A stretch of 64,000 nucleotides of DNA from Cirrosporium novae-zelandiae (Eukaryota): NCBI GenBank assembly GCA_026023565.1, contig JAPETS010000005.1, positions 124,001 to 188,000 on the forward strand, in the 5' to 3' direction. Positions 25,187 to 37,776 of the stretch are shown here, piece after piece. A program made the translations under genes and the position numbers. The notes under the pieces are model-generated. The model saw nothing but the letters and a program-made list of their open reading frames with translations. It had not been told where the DNA came from and did not search any database. The number at the start of each line of letters is the position of its first letter. Position 1 is the first letter of the stretch.

Positions 25187-28100
25187 ATGGAGACATCAGA
25201 ACCAGAGGGTTTTCGCACACGCTTCGGATCTTATGCCCCAGCACCACCACCACTATCGCGCATGCAGTCTTCCGAAACCCACCATGGTTATGCGCTACCA
25301 CCACCTGCGCAATACAATCAACCACCGCCTCCCTCACCGTACGAGAATGTGAACTCCGAACACCCACCCAACTTGCCAGAACCTACAACACATCCATATT
25401 CCTCCACCATTCCGGGATACGCTACCCCAGGAAGAGATCCTCACCAATATCCTCCATCAGAAAACGCATACGGTCGTCCCGGAAATTCACAAGCACCGCC
25501 ACGAATACCTAACGATGTGCAGCACCCTCCTCAACCTTTCCGCTCGATGAATGGCATCTCGCCAGACGGTCCTCACCATCCCCAAATCCAGCCGGGGGAT
25601 TATCGAGGTCAACCGGGCTTCCCTTCCTATGAGGGCCCGCCGCCTGGAGGACCACCTCATGGTCTGCCCTCCTCTGGTCCTCACGAAGGCATGTCCACCG
25701 GCCCATCTCCCAGTCCTGGAGGAGCTTACCCTCCTCCACCAACACCAGTAACCCATCCCGGCCAATCTCCTTATGACAATAACAATGTTTATCACCCCCA
25801 CCTCGTTTCCGCCCCGTATCCACAACAACGTAGGAGGCCTGTGCGAGCCGCTCAGGTGAGTTTTTACTGTTGGTGGTCACGGTTGATATGTGTTAATCAT
25901 TTGCTAGGCCTGCGAGAATTGCCGACAGCGAAAAGCCAAGTGCGATGAACAGCGTCCCTGCAGCTCCTGTAAAGAGGCGCAACAGCAGTGCGTGTACAGA
26001 GACGTTCCTCCAGCAAAGTAGGTGATACCAACTATTCTTTTCCGGGACTTGGCGCTAACAAAAAGTGTAGGCAAGAAAAGACGCAATTAGCTATTCTAGA
26101 TGAGCTCAAGAAAATTCAAGCTCGAATGGACCATTTCGAGCGAGTTCAGCAGTCCATCTTGTCCGCCGTTCAATCTCGAGGACTTTTAGATCCTCAAGCT
26201 TCACCAGCATATGGATCCCATGGATCTTCTGGCACCCCGCAGTATAGTCCCCCAGTGTCTGGCATGTCGCAAGTGATCAAAAAGCCAAATTCACCACAGG
26301 GCGCGCCTCTCGACAATTTAATTCATCATGAACCAAAGCAGGAGATGCCCACAAGGACCAATGGCAATAATGATATAGACTCGGATGCCGCCCAAGATCT
26401 CGTGAGTATTCCAGCTGATCACACAACAGCCGCTTCGAAACTCCTGCGCTGGCCTAAGATTAAAGAAATGGTCCCCCCTGGTCTAGAAACAGACTATGTG
26501 ATGGAAGGCGAGCTGGATCGAGGCTCGCTGAAGTTGTTTGGAAGAGGGGAAGGAAAAATCTCTATGGAGAGCATCGTCTCTAATCCAGAAAACTCTTTTA
26601 CCAGTGTCAAAACCGAAGATACTCAATCGTCTTCTTCGGATGGATCCTGGGGTACCGAATTTTTCGGACCCGCCAGTCTTGATGTTAGCCAAAAAGAAGT
26701 GGCTATCAACAATGATGGCACGTTGAGGTTGGATATCTATACCATAACGTGCCTCGTCAATAGCTACAAGTCCAATATCCACATTCTACATCCGATATTG
26801 GAACTCAAAACTCTGCAAAAAATGGTATCTAGGTTCAAGGCTCGGTACAACCCTTCAGCGGAAAAGGCCTCCAGGTCTTCATTTGCGGTTGGCGGTGGTT
26901 ATTCCAATGCTGGATCTCCGCGAGAGTATGGTCCTAGAGCAGCTAAACGCAAGCGCTCATCGGAGGATCTACAGAGCCCGGAGCTTCGTCCTAACACAAA
27001 TCCCATGAATGGCAGTGTGCAGGTTCAGTCAATGTTTGACATGTCAATCGATACGGCTATAGTGCTTCTTGTTTTGGCGCTTGGGCAGATCTGTGAAGTA
27101 AAAGGCCGGATCCCTGGTCCGGTGCCAGACAACGGACACATTATAGGCACCCCTTCAGACCGGTCAGACTCGCCAATGCAGGCGGATTATTCCCCTCAAC
27201 CCTTTCCGAAGCAGTCTCCAGCATCCACAAGCTCCCCTCTAAATCCAGTTGCACCGTCACCTTTGGGGACGTTTCGAGTTAATTCCGCCCCAGGGGCAAT
27301 TCCACGCAGATCAAATTTCGAAATTGCTCAGAAAAACATAGAGGTAATTCCTGGACTTGGGTACTTCGCGATGGCGACCAAAATACTGGGCACGTTGTTC
27401 GGTACTCACGAGTTGGCCTTGATCCAGGCCTACCTTCTAGCAGGCCTGTATGTAGGACAACTGGCTCGTGTAGGGGACAGCTGGCATTGGATTAACATGG
27501 CCTGCATCGAATGTCGCATCTTAATGTTTGTTGACCCTTGTCCTATGTATTATGTGCGAGCCGACAGGTTAATCTGTTTATTAGTGATAAATTTTATGGC
27601 ATTCAGAAAGATGCAGCTCGAAAAGACCTGATTGAGATCAATTTTTGGAGCTGTTTGCAGCTGGAAAGGTTGGTCACGATGGCTCACTAAAGTTATGCAT
27701 CATACTAACTGTTGGCAGCGACATTCTTGCTGAGATGGATCTTCCTGCCAGCAATATCACAAGTCTTGAGCAATCGGTCAAAAAACCAGCCGGATATACG
27801 TTGGAGATTTTCCCAGACAGTGACTTGTCCGAAAACGATCCTCTGATCATGCTACATTTCCTCGCGCAGATTTCTTTACGGAAGTTGTTGAACTCTATCC
27901 ACTCGACACTCTATCGAAACGATATCAGTAAGTCAAACCAATCCTTTAGAAATTGCAGTTGCTAACCAGTTTCTCAGAATCCAAATCAAGACAAAGGGAA
28001 AAATGGACCAGCCAACTCAGCGAGGCTCTTAGTCTGAGTCTTGAGGATTGGCGCAAAACCCTCCCTGTTCAGCTTCAATGGCAAGACGATGCTCCTCCTG

Positions 28101-28755
28101 CCAACAATATCAATGATGCCCGGCTACGAGGAAAATATTATGGGGCAAAATACATAATTTACCGCCCCTTCCTTCACCATGCGTTGCAGCAAACAGTTCC
28201 AAACTTCCCTGAATCACCTGTTAACTCGAAAGTCCACTCTTCTAGACCTTCACCGTCACTTGGACCGAGAAAAAACAGTGACATGGGCCCGCCGCACAAA
28301 ATACCCCCTCCGAGTACTGAAGGTGTGCACGACAAAATTCTCGAGGCCTGCTACACATGTGTGGAAGCAGCCTTCCAGAGTACCATTGCTTTTGATGGTG
28401 TCCGAACAACCATTGGGGAAGACCGAAAATGGTCGAGACCTATTGTAACAAACATCTTTGGTACTGCTCATGCGTAAGTTCACTCTTGAGTCCGTAGCCA
28501 AAAAAAAATTAATACTGACACCTTTTTAGACAATTCGGTAACCTCCTGGTGCTAACAGCCACCCATCGATCCCACCTTTCATCCTTGGTTCCTAAGGAGA
28601 GGCTTAACCCGTTGCTTTCACGTACGATCCACTTTCTCAGAATGAGCTCTCGGATATCTCCTACGCTGCGCAAGGATGCCGAGATCTTGGATCATATTCA
28701 GAACAATATCCTCCAGTGGCCCACAGACAAAAGTCTAATCATGCACAGTGTTTAG
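25187..28755 (+). CDS. Zn(II)2Cys6 transcription factor with Pro-rich N-terminus
   Basis: Spliced cluster ACENCRQRKAKCDEQRPCSSCKEAQQQCVY; HTTAASKLLRWP, FWSCLQLESDILAE, ARLRGKYYGA, VTNIFGTAHAQFGN. Introns 25856-25907, 26018-26070, 27526-27584, 27669-27718, 27928-27977, 28474-28529. Confidence 0.93.
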
Positions 28756-29636
28756 CCCATCATACCATCAAGTAGTTCCGTTGGATCGGCCTTTGTCAAA
28801 TTGACCTTTTGGAAACACGACAGGATGTCCTTGGGACTCGTCTAGGTGTCTGTTTCTCAAATTCACTCGGGATGCGCGTTTTTTCACATGCATACACGTA
28901 AATCATTAAACATATACCCCCAAAGTTCTGGATGATTAACATTACGTCTGGCTGATGAACTTGGTTTTGCATGCATTTTTCGGTGGAGGCAGTCTGATTT
29001 TTTTTTTAGTTCAGAGATATCAATAGCATTGTTTGCGGGACGGCATCATGGTTTCTCCTATATATATATGTGTTTGGCGCTGATGGCATTCTCAAACGGC
29101 TTTTGCGTGACATTGTTTTTGGCCTTGCACTTGGTGGGCTTGGTTCTGTTACGAGGAGAATGGTGGTGGCTATTCTGATGAGCATCTTTGGTGGTAATTT
29201 GCCTCATTTTATGCGTTTCTCCACCTTTGATAGGAGGTCTCTGCACTCTCTGAAGGCAGAAATGATACGTCATATCTAATGTGTGCAACAAGCATTACAA
29301 TTGCATTGTAGGAAATACTTGTAGATATATACTGGTGCCCAGAAGTCTTGATCGAAAAAATTGAACCATGAATCCGCTCAATAGCTATCAGAACCTTGAT
29401 ATTTTTTTTATTACCCCTTTAGCGACAGAACTCCATGAGAAGTTTGGGTAAGTTTTGTATAATTGCAAATTTTAGATACGCGTAATTACAATGTACTGTG
29501 TAAGCGCGTCAAGATGCGACGGACGCCCCCTCGTCGCGGTACTCTCTAAACTTCCCTCCGGCGCAATAAAAGTCACATCGACCTTGCTACCCTTTACACT
29601 TCATCTCTACCCAATCGCCTCAGGTACAATGGACTG

Positions 29637-30842
29637 ATGCATCTGAGGCCTTTGATTTATCGCTCTTCTTTACGGTACAAGAAGCTCTCCGTACCTTGTC
29701 GATGCTTCTCGACCCTTCTCTCGAGGCCTAGAGATGAAATTCGGATTCAAATCGGTTCTAGCGGCTCCATTGACCTCAGGTACCTTCCCTCGTGTAACCA
29801 TAAGATGCTTTGAGCTTGTACCTAGTATCTAACCAACTATAGTATACATTACCCTCCTAAATTGATTCCTGGTTTCCTTGTATTCTACCTTCCACGCGGA
29901 TTGATCTCAACTCCAGATCCCAGGGATGACGAAATTGTTGAAGGACTCTCCCTGAGCTCCAATGCAACTATTATTCGCATCAACTATCGCCTAAGCCAGA
30001 CACAGAAATACCCTACGCCTGTGCATGATGTGCTTGCAGGCTATGACTGGGTTCTCAAACATTTTGTACCGACTGTGACCAATCCTAATATCAAAATAAA
30101 ACTAGGAGTGTGCGGAGAACTTGTTGGAGGAGGCCTGGCACTGACGCTTGCTCTTACCGAATCCTGGGTGGAAAGACATGGAATCAAGGCGGTTGCTGTA
30201 GGCAATCCGATAACGGAATGGCAGTTCCCGGACACATTATTGATGGATGAGCAGAAGGATGCACATCAGCAAAGTGAAGGGGGCTTAGAAGAACCTCATA
30301 AAATAAGAAGGGTGTACAAGAAGCGGACATCCTGGACCATGTTTGGATCCAACCCGTTATTTTCTTCGAAACAGCTTCTTTCGCTCCGCAGAGCAGTTTT
30401 TCAAAATGCTCCTGCCATTTTTGATCCTTTTGCTAGTCCACTCTACTTTCTACGGACGCCTGGCCTTGAGATACCTACTTGGCATGATATTCCCGTGGAT
30501 GCGCTCACTAGTCCCGAGTTACGTGAGGAAGACGACTTAATTATTCGACGTCGAAAGGTTGCTCGCTATTTTCCTCCAAGAGACAGCGATTTGAGAATAC
30601 CACCAACGAGGATCCTAGCTGGTAGAAACAGCCTGCTGTGCGATCAAGCGGTAGAAATGGTTAAATGGATGAGGAAGAGCGTCGTTGTTAGTGAGTCGAA
30701 TTTGGAGAGCATTTTCGATGGAGATGAGAATGAAATGGCGAGACGGAGGGTTCAACTAGCAACCTGCAATGGACTGGGTCTTTGGGGAATGGACACGGAT
30801 GACCTGTTTGGTGTTGGACGGTGGTTGAAAGATGTCGAATAA
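29637..30842 (+). CDS. Alpha/beta-hydrolase fold-3-like protein, probably mitochondrial and catalytically divergent
   Basis: Basic presequence-like start MHLRPLIYRSSLRYKKLSVPCRCFS; intron 29780-29842; INYRLS, YPTPVHDVLAGYDW, GVCGELVGG, DPFASP. Confidence 0.85.
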
Positions 30843-31273
30843 CTAGCTGTTAAGAATTAAGGTGCGCAGTAACGTATTTCGTTGAAAGGGAACCTGGAAG
30901 TTATGGCTTCCTCTCATATTTAACAATGCCAAGGAGTTTGAAGGCGAGGCCAAGTTAGGGCTTGGATAGCTTTGCGTTTTGAGTTTAGTTGGATTATCAC
31001 GTGTCCATCTAATTGCTTAGGATGAATGCGCCATGTCCGATTGGATTATGACATCATTGGTTCAGGGTACAAAACAATGCTTGAGTTCGAATTAATGTCA
31101 CTCTGTTTACCTGATACCATCACAGCACTGAGACCTTGGAAGCTTGAAAAGTAAAGAAAGAGGGGTGAACTTCCCCACATTCTTTTTACTGTATAACTTC
31201 TTTTTCCTTACACTCTCACTTTCACCAGCTTCAGGTCTTAGAATATAATCTTTCTTCCAGTTACAGAGCCAGA

Positions 31274-33556
31274 ATGTCTTCTTGCTTCGGTTTTCGAAAT
31301 CGCTGGGATGACGACGACGATGATGAACCACTTCTTCCACGTTATGATGATGACACAGTTCTGCAACGAAAGTTGCACCAAAAGCTGCATTCTTATCAGA
31401 TGCTGAGAGCCCTGTCTATGGGGTTCATGCCATCTACCGAGCAGATCATCATCAATCTTCGTACATTGACTGGTTCTGATGTCTTGAATCCCGAGAATAC
31501 CGAGTTAAGTGACTCTGGGAGGTTGTTGATCAAGTATTCAAAAGAATGGCTCGTTGAGTACATTGAGCTTCTTCGTCACAAGAACGAGCATGACCAGATT
31601 CAAGACGCTATTTGGTTTCTTAGTAAGTCTCGGATATCACTGGATGCTAATGAGCTCGCAAATCGTGCTTCGAAAGCCAAAGAAAATGCAGGTTCGGTAG
31701 CAGGTAAGACCATGAGTATTTGAATGTTAATATATCCAGGCTAACGTATCTCTCTAGCCTATGAAAGCCTCCGAACTGTCGGCACTCTGCTTTTTACCAA
31801 TTCAGATTTCCGTCTTTTCCTAGGGGATCTCACTACCATTGGGCGTCAAGTGTTTGCCGACACTGCCTCTTCTCTTTCTGGGGCTGTGAAGCAGGCTGGA
31901 AAGCAGCTTGAACCATCAGAACAAGAACTGGACGCAATTAGAAACCCCGAGGCTAACGGTGGCCCGCCTCCTAATGCCGAAGATTTCGAACAGGAAGCGG
32001 CGGAGGTTTCTAGGGTGGTTGGGAATGGCCTGGCTAAGACGGGCCGTGAGGCGCTTGAGAGTCTAAAGGACAATGTTTCTGGTGAACAAAAGGAGACATT
32101 GATCAACAGGCTAAAAAGGGCTTTACTAAAACTTAGGAAGAGAAATGACTACTCTGACTCGGTTTCAACAATTTCGTTGTTGATTAAAAGATATGCTCGA
32201 GCGTACTCCCAAGCTGCCTCGGCTACGATGAGCGCTGCTGCAGATAATGTAGAAACAAGTCCAGAACTCGATAGAGCTATGCAAAACCTATGGGCATTGA
32301 TAACCTCGTTCGGGGAAAAGAAGCAGTGGGAGCTCTTGGAGGAAAGGTTCAAGAAAGTGATGGGGCATTCTGCAAAAGACCCTGAGCTAGAAGATTTTAT
32401 GAACGATGTTGGCGATGCTGCACAAAAGCTGCTCACAGATCCATCATTCCTTGACTCAATTGACCAAAAGGTCGAGGAACTGAGACGAAAGTCCAAGGAA
32501 GTTGGCTCTGGCTCTTCCTTGCGACAGGATATCGATGACTTTCTCAAACAAATCCAGACAACATTCAACTCTGTTTTGCATGATCAAGACATTGCAAAAC
32601 TCATCTCTATTGGCGGCAAAATTGCAAATATTTTGAATCCGACCCATACAGTATCCAATAATGAGCTCCTTCATGACTCTCTCAATGTCTTCATTCCAAT
32701 GTTCGTATCAGCGATCCAATTCATCCCCATTCCTCGTCTCGAAATCTCCTCTCCGGAAATCGATATCCTTCTTGAACCTCTCATTCTGGAACCAGGTCAC
32801 ACTATAAACCAGACCTCCTTCCTCCCATATAAGCTCTACCTTGAAACGCTCAACGCCGTCTCCGTAACCAAACATCGCTTCCGCACGACCACCTCGCTAA
32901 TAACCAACATCACCCTCTCCCTCCGTGGCCTTACCATTCGTGCCGACGAAATCGGCTTCTGGATGCGAGCCCACTCAGGCCTTCTCCGCCTCGTAGACAC
33001 CGGCATCGCATCCATTGCCCTCGACGATCGCGGCCTCGACATCACGCTCGACATGTCCCTAAACCGAGCCCTCCCATCCACCATCCTATCCCTCCGACAC
33101 GTGGACGTCACTATCCACAAATTCACCTACAACCTCCGACGCTCTAAATTCTCCCCATTCGCCTGGCTCCTCAAACCCTTCATCAAGCCCCTCATCCGCA
33201 AAACCCTCGAAAAGCAACTCGCCCTCGCCATCGAAGACTTCTTCCACTTCGCGGACCGCGAGCTCCTCTTTGCCCGTGAGCGCCTTCGCGCCACCCGCGT
33301 TGCGGACCCGAACGATCTTGCTACGTTCTTCAAGGCCGTCACGGCGAGGCTGGTGCCCGAGGATGATCCGGATGTGTATACGCGTGTAGGGATTGCGGCA
33401 CCGAAGAAGGGCGTGTTTAGGGGTGTTTATGCGCCGGGTAGTGTGGTGAAGGTCTGGGAGGACGAGGCCAGGGGGGCGGCGGAGAGGGTCGAGGAGTGGG
33501 AGGCTGGGGGATGGAGAAATGAGATCTTTGATACCCATGTTAGGATGATGGGGTAG
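31274..33556 (+). CDS. Conserved uncharacterised fungal protein: helical N-terminal region, possible BPI/TULIP-like C-terminal domain
   Basis: Two exons (intron 31704-31757) in frame; IPIPRLEISSPEIDILLEPLILEPG motif and beta-rich C-terminal half. Domain call is from recalled family resemblance. Confidence 0.8.
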
Positions 33557-34220
33557 GGTATTTATATCCGGGAAACTAACTACACGGGCGAGGATGAGGG
33601 TGAGGAGGGGGGGTTCTAACCGAAATGAATGAAATTGAAACAGCAAAGGAAATGGAAAGGAAAGAAAAGGAAAGGAAATAAGAGAAACAGACACAGGGGG
33701 CCTTTTTTTAATTCTGGTTGGCTAATTGGTCGATTCGAGGTTTTTTAATACGTTCATCCATCCACCCACCCATCTACTCGTCCTAAGCAAACCACTGGGA
33801 GAGAGAGAAAAAAGTGATTATTATTTTTTTCTGGTAAAGCTAGTTAGCTAGTTGGCTTACATATTAATATATACCATACATACATACATATATGATATTC
33901 ATATTGCGTGTTTGTTTGTTTGTTTGTTTTTATGTTTGGTGTGTGTGTGAAAGAAGGAGATGTTAAGAAGACCGGGGCTAGGTGAGTGAGTGGCATTTTC
34001 TTTAAAGAAAGAAGGGAGATGGTTGGCTGGTTGTTTCACACACACACACATATATATATATATATACTGTGATTCAGTGGGCTGACTTGTTGGGGGGGGG
34101 ATGATGTGTGGAAAAAAAATCCATTCTTTCTTTTCTTTCTCATATTCATGCTGCCGAACCATATATACAAATAACCCATCCATCCCATTCAGCAAAAAGC
34201 CCTTTATTCCATCATCAATC

Positions 34221-35236
34221 CTACAACTCCCCATCCGTCCTCAACGGAAACCTCTCCACAGTCGCAGGCTCTACCGTCAAATTCGTCAACCCAGCACTAT
34301 TCTCACAACTCCTCCTACCAGTCATAGGCCCCGGGGCCGGAACCTTACCCTCCTTCCCTTTCCCCTCCGCGCTCGCCTTCAGCGCATCCAGCAGCTGGAT
34401 CGTGGTATCTGGCGTCAGGTCTTCGTAGTAGTCGTCGTTTATCTGGATCATGGGGGCGTTGACGCACGCGCCGAGGCATTCCACTTCTAGGAGGGTGAAG
34501 ATTTTGTCGGGGGTTGTTTGGCCTGAGTGGATGCCGAGGTGCGATTCGATTGCTTTGAGGATGGCGGTGCTGCCACAGCCGCCGAGTTGGCAGGGGGTCT
34601 AGAGGAGAAGGTATTAGCTATTTTTGCTCGGGTTAGAAGGATATATATATATATATCCGCATGTGCGGGAAGGGAAACTCGGAATCGGACACAAAAGTAA
34701 GTGGGGAAAAAAACCAACCGTAGTACACAGCTGCAAAAAGAACTTGCCCACGGGCTCCCGGTTATACATGGTATAGAAAGTGGCCACCTCGTAAACACGC
34801 ATCGGGGGCATTTCCAGCATCCGCGCGACCTCGTTCATGACGCTCAAGCTCGTGTAGCCGTGCTGCCGCTGGCCCAGATCTAGGATGGGCATCACGGCCG
34901 CCTTTTTGTATTGCGGTGGGTACCGCTTCAGGATCTCATCGATTAGTTTTTGGTTTTGGGCATTGAATTTGAAGGGGAGGTTTGGGTTGTTGGTGGGGGT
35001 GTCGCGGTGCTAATTGTCGGTATAGGTTGGAATTGTTAGTTTTTATTTTTGGCTTGTTTGTTTGTTGGTTGGTTCGTGGGATGGAATGGGGGAAGGGAAG
35101 GTGGGCATACGACGAAGAGGGATTCGCTGCATAGGATGGGAGTTGTGGTGAGGGATCGGATTTGGGGTTTGTTACAGGAGCGGAGCATTCGCGAACTCCA
35201 TCTGGAGGCGGAAAGAGGGGAGATTTTGGAAGCCAT
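34221..35236 (-). CDS. nuo24: NADH:ubiquinone oxidoreductase 24 kDa subunit (NDUFV2/NuoE)
   Basis: Presequence; [45 protein letters not shown]; 2Fe-2S ligands CTTTPC and [10 protein letters not shown]. Introns 35110-35010 and 34718-34599. Confidence 0.97.
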
Positions 35237-35523
35237 TGTTTAGAGTGGCGAGGGTCAATTGAAGTGGGGGAGAGAAGGAGGAGAGAGGATAGTGGTGATG
35301 GTGGTTTGAGGAGGATAAGAACGTCGATGATGAATTGGAAGGTCGGTTTGATAATACTTGATTCTGATTGGCTAACTGTTCCTTTCTTTTGTCAATTCTT
35401 GACTTTCTCCAAACTTCCAACCATTTTATTCTATTTTCAAGCAAAAAAATATTCAGGAAGAGCTTTCTTATTCTACTTTCACTTGTATAACTCATATAAA
35501 TTATTCTTAATGATAACTATTGC

Positions 35524-37776
35524 TCATATCAACTTCTCCCTACAAGCTTTATTTAGGTCTTGTATGGCCTCCCATACTGCCTTCTGTTTTTCGTCGTCTC
35601 GCAGCTGCTCAAGTCCCCTCCGTTGTAACCGATCAGCATGCCACCTTGTCAATTCCTTCTTAGCTTGTCGTCTCAACCCCTCGAGGTCGCCATGTCCATC
35701 AATGCTTAACTTGAGGTTAACCTTGCTCGGATTTAGTTTTGTTCTTTCTACAGTTATGCTAGGAAAGAATCCATAGACGCAGACAAAAAAACTAAAGGCA
35801 TTCCACTTTTGCAGATAATCAATATTGGACTCCAGCCTCTCTTGATGCTCTCTTATGAGTGAGCCACAATCATTAAGGTGAAAGAGGGCAGAGCCTTCGA
35901 GAGTTCTGGATGGCCATGGGACCTGGGAGACTGTCGGCGAAGATGGGAGCGTTTCCCACCTCTCGTTGTAACGGCTTATTAAGTCGGACCAGTTAATACT
36001 GTCTTCAGCGGTAGGTCTTGGTTCGTTACTCTCGTGGTTACCAAAGCGTCCAAAGGGTGGCATTTGATAGCTAGACCCGGAATCATCAGGTAGAAAGGCG
36101 CTTGAAGACGATGGATTGGAGTGATAGTCATCATAATGTCCCCATTCCATTGGCTGCTCAAACGCCCCCCACCATTCCCTTTGTCGTTCATCCTTCTGCT
36201 TACGTCGTTTCATCCCTCTGATATCTTCGTCCAGCTGTATTCGCTCGTGCTCCATTCTTTCTCTTTTTATTCGGAGTTCTCGTTTAAGTTGCCTAACATT
36301 CACTTGCTCCCGGCGCGCTTTTATGATTTCGTGTCTAGCCTTTTGTTCGAGTACGTTCAGTTCAGCTATCTTTACTTCCACTTGATGATCAAGATGATGG
36401 CAATAGTCTGTACAGCTCGAGCAGTGGTGGTTTGTGCTCGTGGATGAACAAGAACGTCTCGTGCGAGAGAAAGAGGGCCTTCTCGCAGGATCCTCAGGCC
36501 AGGAGTTTGTATTTGACAACTGCGGAGATGCAGATCTGATACCGGTCTCGCTAGATGCGAAGCTGTCAGAACGCATATTTTGTTGATTGACACCTTCAAG
36601 AGACTTGGAGCTTGAGGATGGCCATGGTAGAATATTCTTTGGCGTCTCGTACTGCTGTTCGCCCAGGGAATCAACGTTGTCAGGCTCTCTCAAATTGTGT
36701 TTGTGATCCCCTCGCAGCTTCAATCGTTTCCCCCAAAGCTTCCAGGTCGATGCTTTTCGCCTTTTCTGATTCTGTTCATGAGATGGTATTTTATGATTGG
36801 TGAAAGGCTCCCGTGGTTGCCCTGCCCCCCCAGGAATAAACGAAGATCTGGAGGATATGTTATCGTCCTGAATAGACTCATCCACCTTGACGCCCTTACC
36901 GCTCTCGGGGTAGGGATTACCCTCCGAGAACATGGTGTCGGAAAATATTGGGGGAACTGTCCTCGGCATTTCGTCGGGAAATGTAGTAACATATCCATCA
37001 ACGTGGTTGGAATCAGAGGGTGTACCAGCCCAAGTATCATAATGGACCACTGGCTCAACCACCAATTGCACAAACCCTTCACTCGAAACAGGCTTCCCAA
37101 ACCCCTGATACCGATCCACAAAACGACCATTTCCATCACAAACACCAGCTCCAACACTATCACCTCCCGTTCTAGAACCCACAAAGCTCCCCTGCAACCC
37201 CGCAGGGGACGAAGACATCTCACCCGCTACCCCCTCTCTCGTGCGTACAGGCAGAAACCTAAACCCAAAATCCGAATCTCGTGGCAACCCAACCGAGACA
37301 AACTCCTGCGGTCTTCTCCCTCGCTGTGGCTGCGAGATTCCCTCCTCCCACAAGCACGCGGAACTAGTTTCAAATACACCACCCTGCGACATTCTCGCTG
37401 TCGTTGAATTGGAAAAGGATGGAACAGGTTCGTATCTCTGATTATTGGCGTAGTAGTGCTCATGCTCAAAACCATCTAGACCATTATTCCAAGTGTCTAG
37501 GAAGACACTGGGGATCGAGTATGGCGGGGAGGAGTCGACTCTCGATCTTGGTCTCGATGTCAGCGCTGGTGTTTTTGGAACGGCTCTTAAATGAGGATAT
37601 TCCGAATACCTGGATGGATGACCATGCCCATCGTATTGATTGCTCGCTAGCCTCAACGAGCCGTACGGGTGATGTGAGTAATCCCTGGAGGAATTCATTC
37701 GGTGGTGATGATCATCACCATAATCATAAAATTCAAACCAAGTCTCAGACCCCATATTCGATTCGACAAGGAACAT
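35524..37776 (-). CDS. 750-aa hypothetical protein: disordered N-terminus, coiled coil, C-terminal NFKBIL1-like helical domain
   Basis: Single uninterrupted ORF; charged coiled coil; YNERW...VPWP...KKELTRWHADRL...VWEAIQDL resembles the WHPDK-type C-terminal module. Confidence 0.75.
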   Translation of the reverse strand: MFLVESNMGSETWFEFYDYGDDHHHRMNSSRDYSHHPYGSLRLASNQYDGHGHPSRYSEYPHLRAVPKTPALTSRPRSRVDSSPPYSIPSVFLDTWNNGLDGFEHEHYYANNQRYEPVPSFSNSTTARMSQGGVFETSSACLWEEGISQPQRGRRPQEFVSVGLPRDSDFGFRFLPVRTREGVAGEMSSSPAGLQGSFVGSRTGGDSVGAGVCDGNGRFVDRYQGFGKPVSSEGFVQLVVEPVVHYDTWAGTPSDSNHVDGYVTTFPDEMPRTVPPIFSDTMFSEGNPYPESGKGVKVDESIQDDNISSRSSFIPGGAGQPREPFTNHKIPSHEQNQKRRKASTWKLWGKRLKLRGDHKHNLREPDNVDSLGEQQYETPKNILPWPSSSSKSLEGVNQQNMRSDSFASSETGIRSASPQLSNTNSWPEDPARRPSFSRTRRSCSSTSTNHHCSSCTDYCHHLDHQVEVKIAELNVLEQKARHEIIKARREQVNVRQLKRELRIKRERMEHERIQLDEDIRGMKRRKQKDERQREWWGAFEQPMEWGHYDDYHSNPSSSSAFLPDDSGSSYQMPPFGRFGNHESNEPRPTAEDSINWSDLISRYNERWETLPSSPTVSQVPWPSRTLEGSALFHLNDCGSLIREHQERLESNIDYLQKWNAFSFFVCVYGFFPSITVERTKLNPSKVNLKLSIDGHGDLEGLRRQAKKELTRWHADRLQRRGLEQLRDDEKQKAVWEAIQDLNKACREKLI

